DNA of 34,007 bases from a virus (Duplodnaviria > Caudoviricetes). Position numbers and translations under genes: made by a program. The DNA lies in IMG/VR virus record IMGVR_UViG_3300043438_001767, positions 1 through 34,007 of that record. The stretch is one strand, 5' to 3'. Shown here piece after piece: positions 33,043 through 34,007 of this stretch; the first letter of the stretch is position 1; each line of letters opens with the position of its first letter. The notes under the pieces are model-generated. The model was given only the letters and a program-made list of their open reading frames with translations. It made no database searches and was not told the origin of the DNA.

Positions 33043-33497
33043 TGAAAGGGTTAATTAAAAGAATAATAAAAGAAGAGACAGAGCAAAATAATAATTCATA
33101 CATATTATATGTTGATATGGGTGGAGTTTTGTTTGAGAAAATGGGTGCGGACGATGGAGGTCAAGGAGATGATACCAGTTATATTGGTGGAGAATTATGG
33201 AATGGTATTAAAAAATACAACCCTATAATATTATCTGCGAGAGGTACAAAAAATATTGAGAAAAACGAAAAAATTAAAACGAATCAGGTGGAAGAATATT
33301 TATCCCCTATACCTAAAATAATGTTCGTTGGTTCTGGTACGGATAAAAAAAAATATTCTAACCCCAATTCAATACTTATCGATGACAGTAAAACCAATAT
33401 AGATTCTTGGAAAACTAATGGAGGTATAGGTATCCAACACAACCTTAATGATGTTAAACTTACTTTAGATAAACTAAAAGAATTATATAAACATTAG
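33042..33497 (+). CDS. Leader-bearing HAD-family 5'(3')-deoxyribonucleotidase-like protein
   Basis: MKGLIKRIIKEE leader; YVDMGGVL, ILSA, K...ILIDD...NI..W...GGIGI.H. Confidence 0.75.
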   Translation: MKGLIKRIIKEETEQNNNSYILYVDMGGVLFEKMGADDGGQGDDTSYIGGELWNGIKKYNPIILSARGTKNIEKNEKIKTNQVEEYLSPIPKIMFVGSGTDKKKYSNPNSILIDDSKTNIDSWKTNGGIGIQHNLNDVKLTLDKLKELYKH

Positions 33498-34007
33498 ATG
33501 AAAAAAATAATTAAATTAACTGAATCTGATTTACATAGAATAGTAAAGAGGGTTATTAGTGAAAGTCAATTACTTGTTGAAGGGGTTAGTGCGGGTAAGA
33601 GATGTTGGTATTATAAACAAATTGCGGAAAAAAAATTCCTTACTGATTCAAGAGTTCCTAACCCATATGAAGGTGCTGGTGGTGTACAAGATTTTTTAAT
33701 TGCAATTGGATGGAATATAACTAAAGATTGGGATTTTGGTAATCAAACTGCGAAGGCTTTAGGTATTTGGAGATATGGTGCGAAATCAGGTGTAGATACT
33801 GTAAATAAATTGTGGTTACAACTAAAAAAACAAGGGTATGATGTGGGTGAAACTACTGGATATGGACCAAAAATGTTAAAGGCGGTTGGGGCAATGATTG
33901 TTATAACATGTACTAAGTTGGCTAAGACTTGTGAGGTTGATGCTCAAACGGTATTTGATATGTCATTTAAATTATTACCTAAAGAAGATATTGAAGCAAA
34001 AAAAGTA
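33498..34007 (+). CDS. Leader-bearing protein with peptidoglycan-binding-like repeats (3'-truncated)
   Basis: Translated by hand: MKKIIKLTESDLHRIVKRVISE...VQDFLIAIGWNITKDWDFGNQTAKAL...LKKQGYDVGETTGYGPKMLKAV; open to the window end. Confidence 0.7.
   Translation, partial: MKKIIKLTESDLHRIVKRVISESQLLVEGVSAGKRCWYYKQIAEKKFLTDSRVPNPYEGAGGVQDFLIAIGWNITKDWDFGNQTAKALGIWRYGAKSGVDTVNKLWLQLKKQGYDVGETTGYGPKMLKAVGAMIVITCTKLAKTCEVDAQTVFDMSFKLLPKEDIEAKKV

Noticed and set aside
33495-33500. TAG directly followed by an in-frame ATG, suggesting stop-codon recoding or read-through
   Set aside because: Long genes are intact under code 11; TAA, TAG and TGA all end genes at sensible places; the same abutting layout occurs with TAA at 9949-9954; the downstream ORF has its own leader
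1-34007. Bacterial chromosome or eukaryotic giant virus origin
   Set aside because: Housekeeping-like genes are isolated among small phage-type ORFs with no bacterial operon context; bS21, an ECF sigma, bacterial promoters and intrinsic terminators argue against a eukaryotic virus
1-34007. CRISPR array, tRNA genes, introns/inteins, transposases or a diversity-generating retroelement
   Set aside because: No regularly spaced repeats, cloverleaf-sized GC-rich gaps, splicing motifs, transposase or reverse transcriptase seen; intergenic gaps are short and accounted for. tRNAscan-SE and Infernal were not run

Overview
AT-rich, gene-dense 34-kb segment of a large (probably jumbo) tailed bacteriophage. 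The host is most likely a member of Bacteroidota: there are repeated TTTG-N20-TAnnTTTG promoters, A-rich starts mostly without Shine-Dalgarno sequences, and a Bacteroidota-style ribosomal protein bS21. No capsid, terminase, integrase, rRNA, tRNA or CRISPR array is recognisable, and the standard genetic code fits. Two interleaved gene classes are visible. (1) Operons headed by host-sigma-type promoters encode auxiliary and nucleotide functions (peptidase, DUF932, IMPDH/GMPR, thymidine kinase, thioesterase, ECF sigma, SPFH and others). (2) Operons headed by a different motif, TATTTAT(A/T), often right after a hairpin, include about 15 otherwise unrelated proteins that share a short N-terminal leader ending in (I/L)-x-E. 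Some of these are mosaics of small domains joined by the same x-(N/x)-E linkers. The best candidate for an undescribed system is a late-expressed, leader-addressed, protease-processed virion cargo repertoire. It would include a family sharing one ~55-aa helical module with very acidic (DNA-mimic-like) tails, a putative ADP-ribosyltransferase, HAD phosphatases, a flavodoxin-fold protein and a peptidoglycan-binding protein. All family assignments come from motif recognition by eye; no database searches were run.
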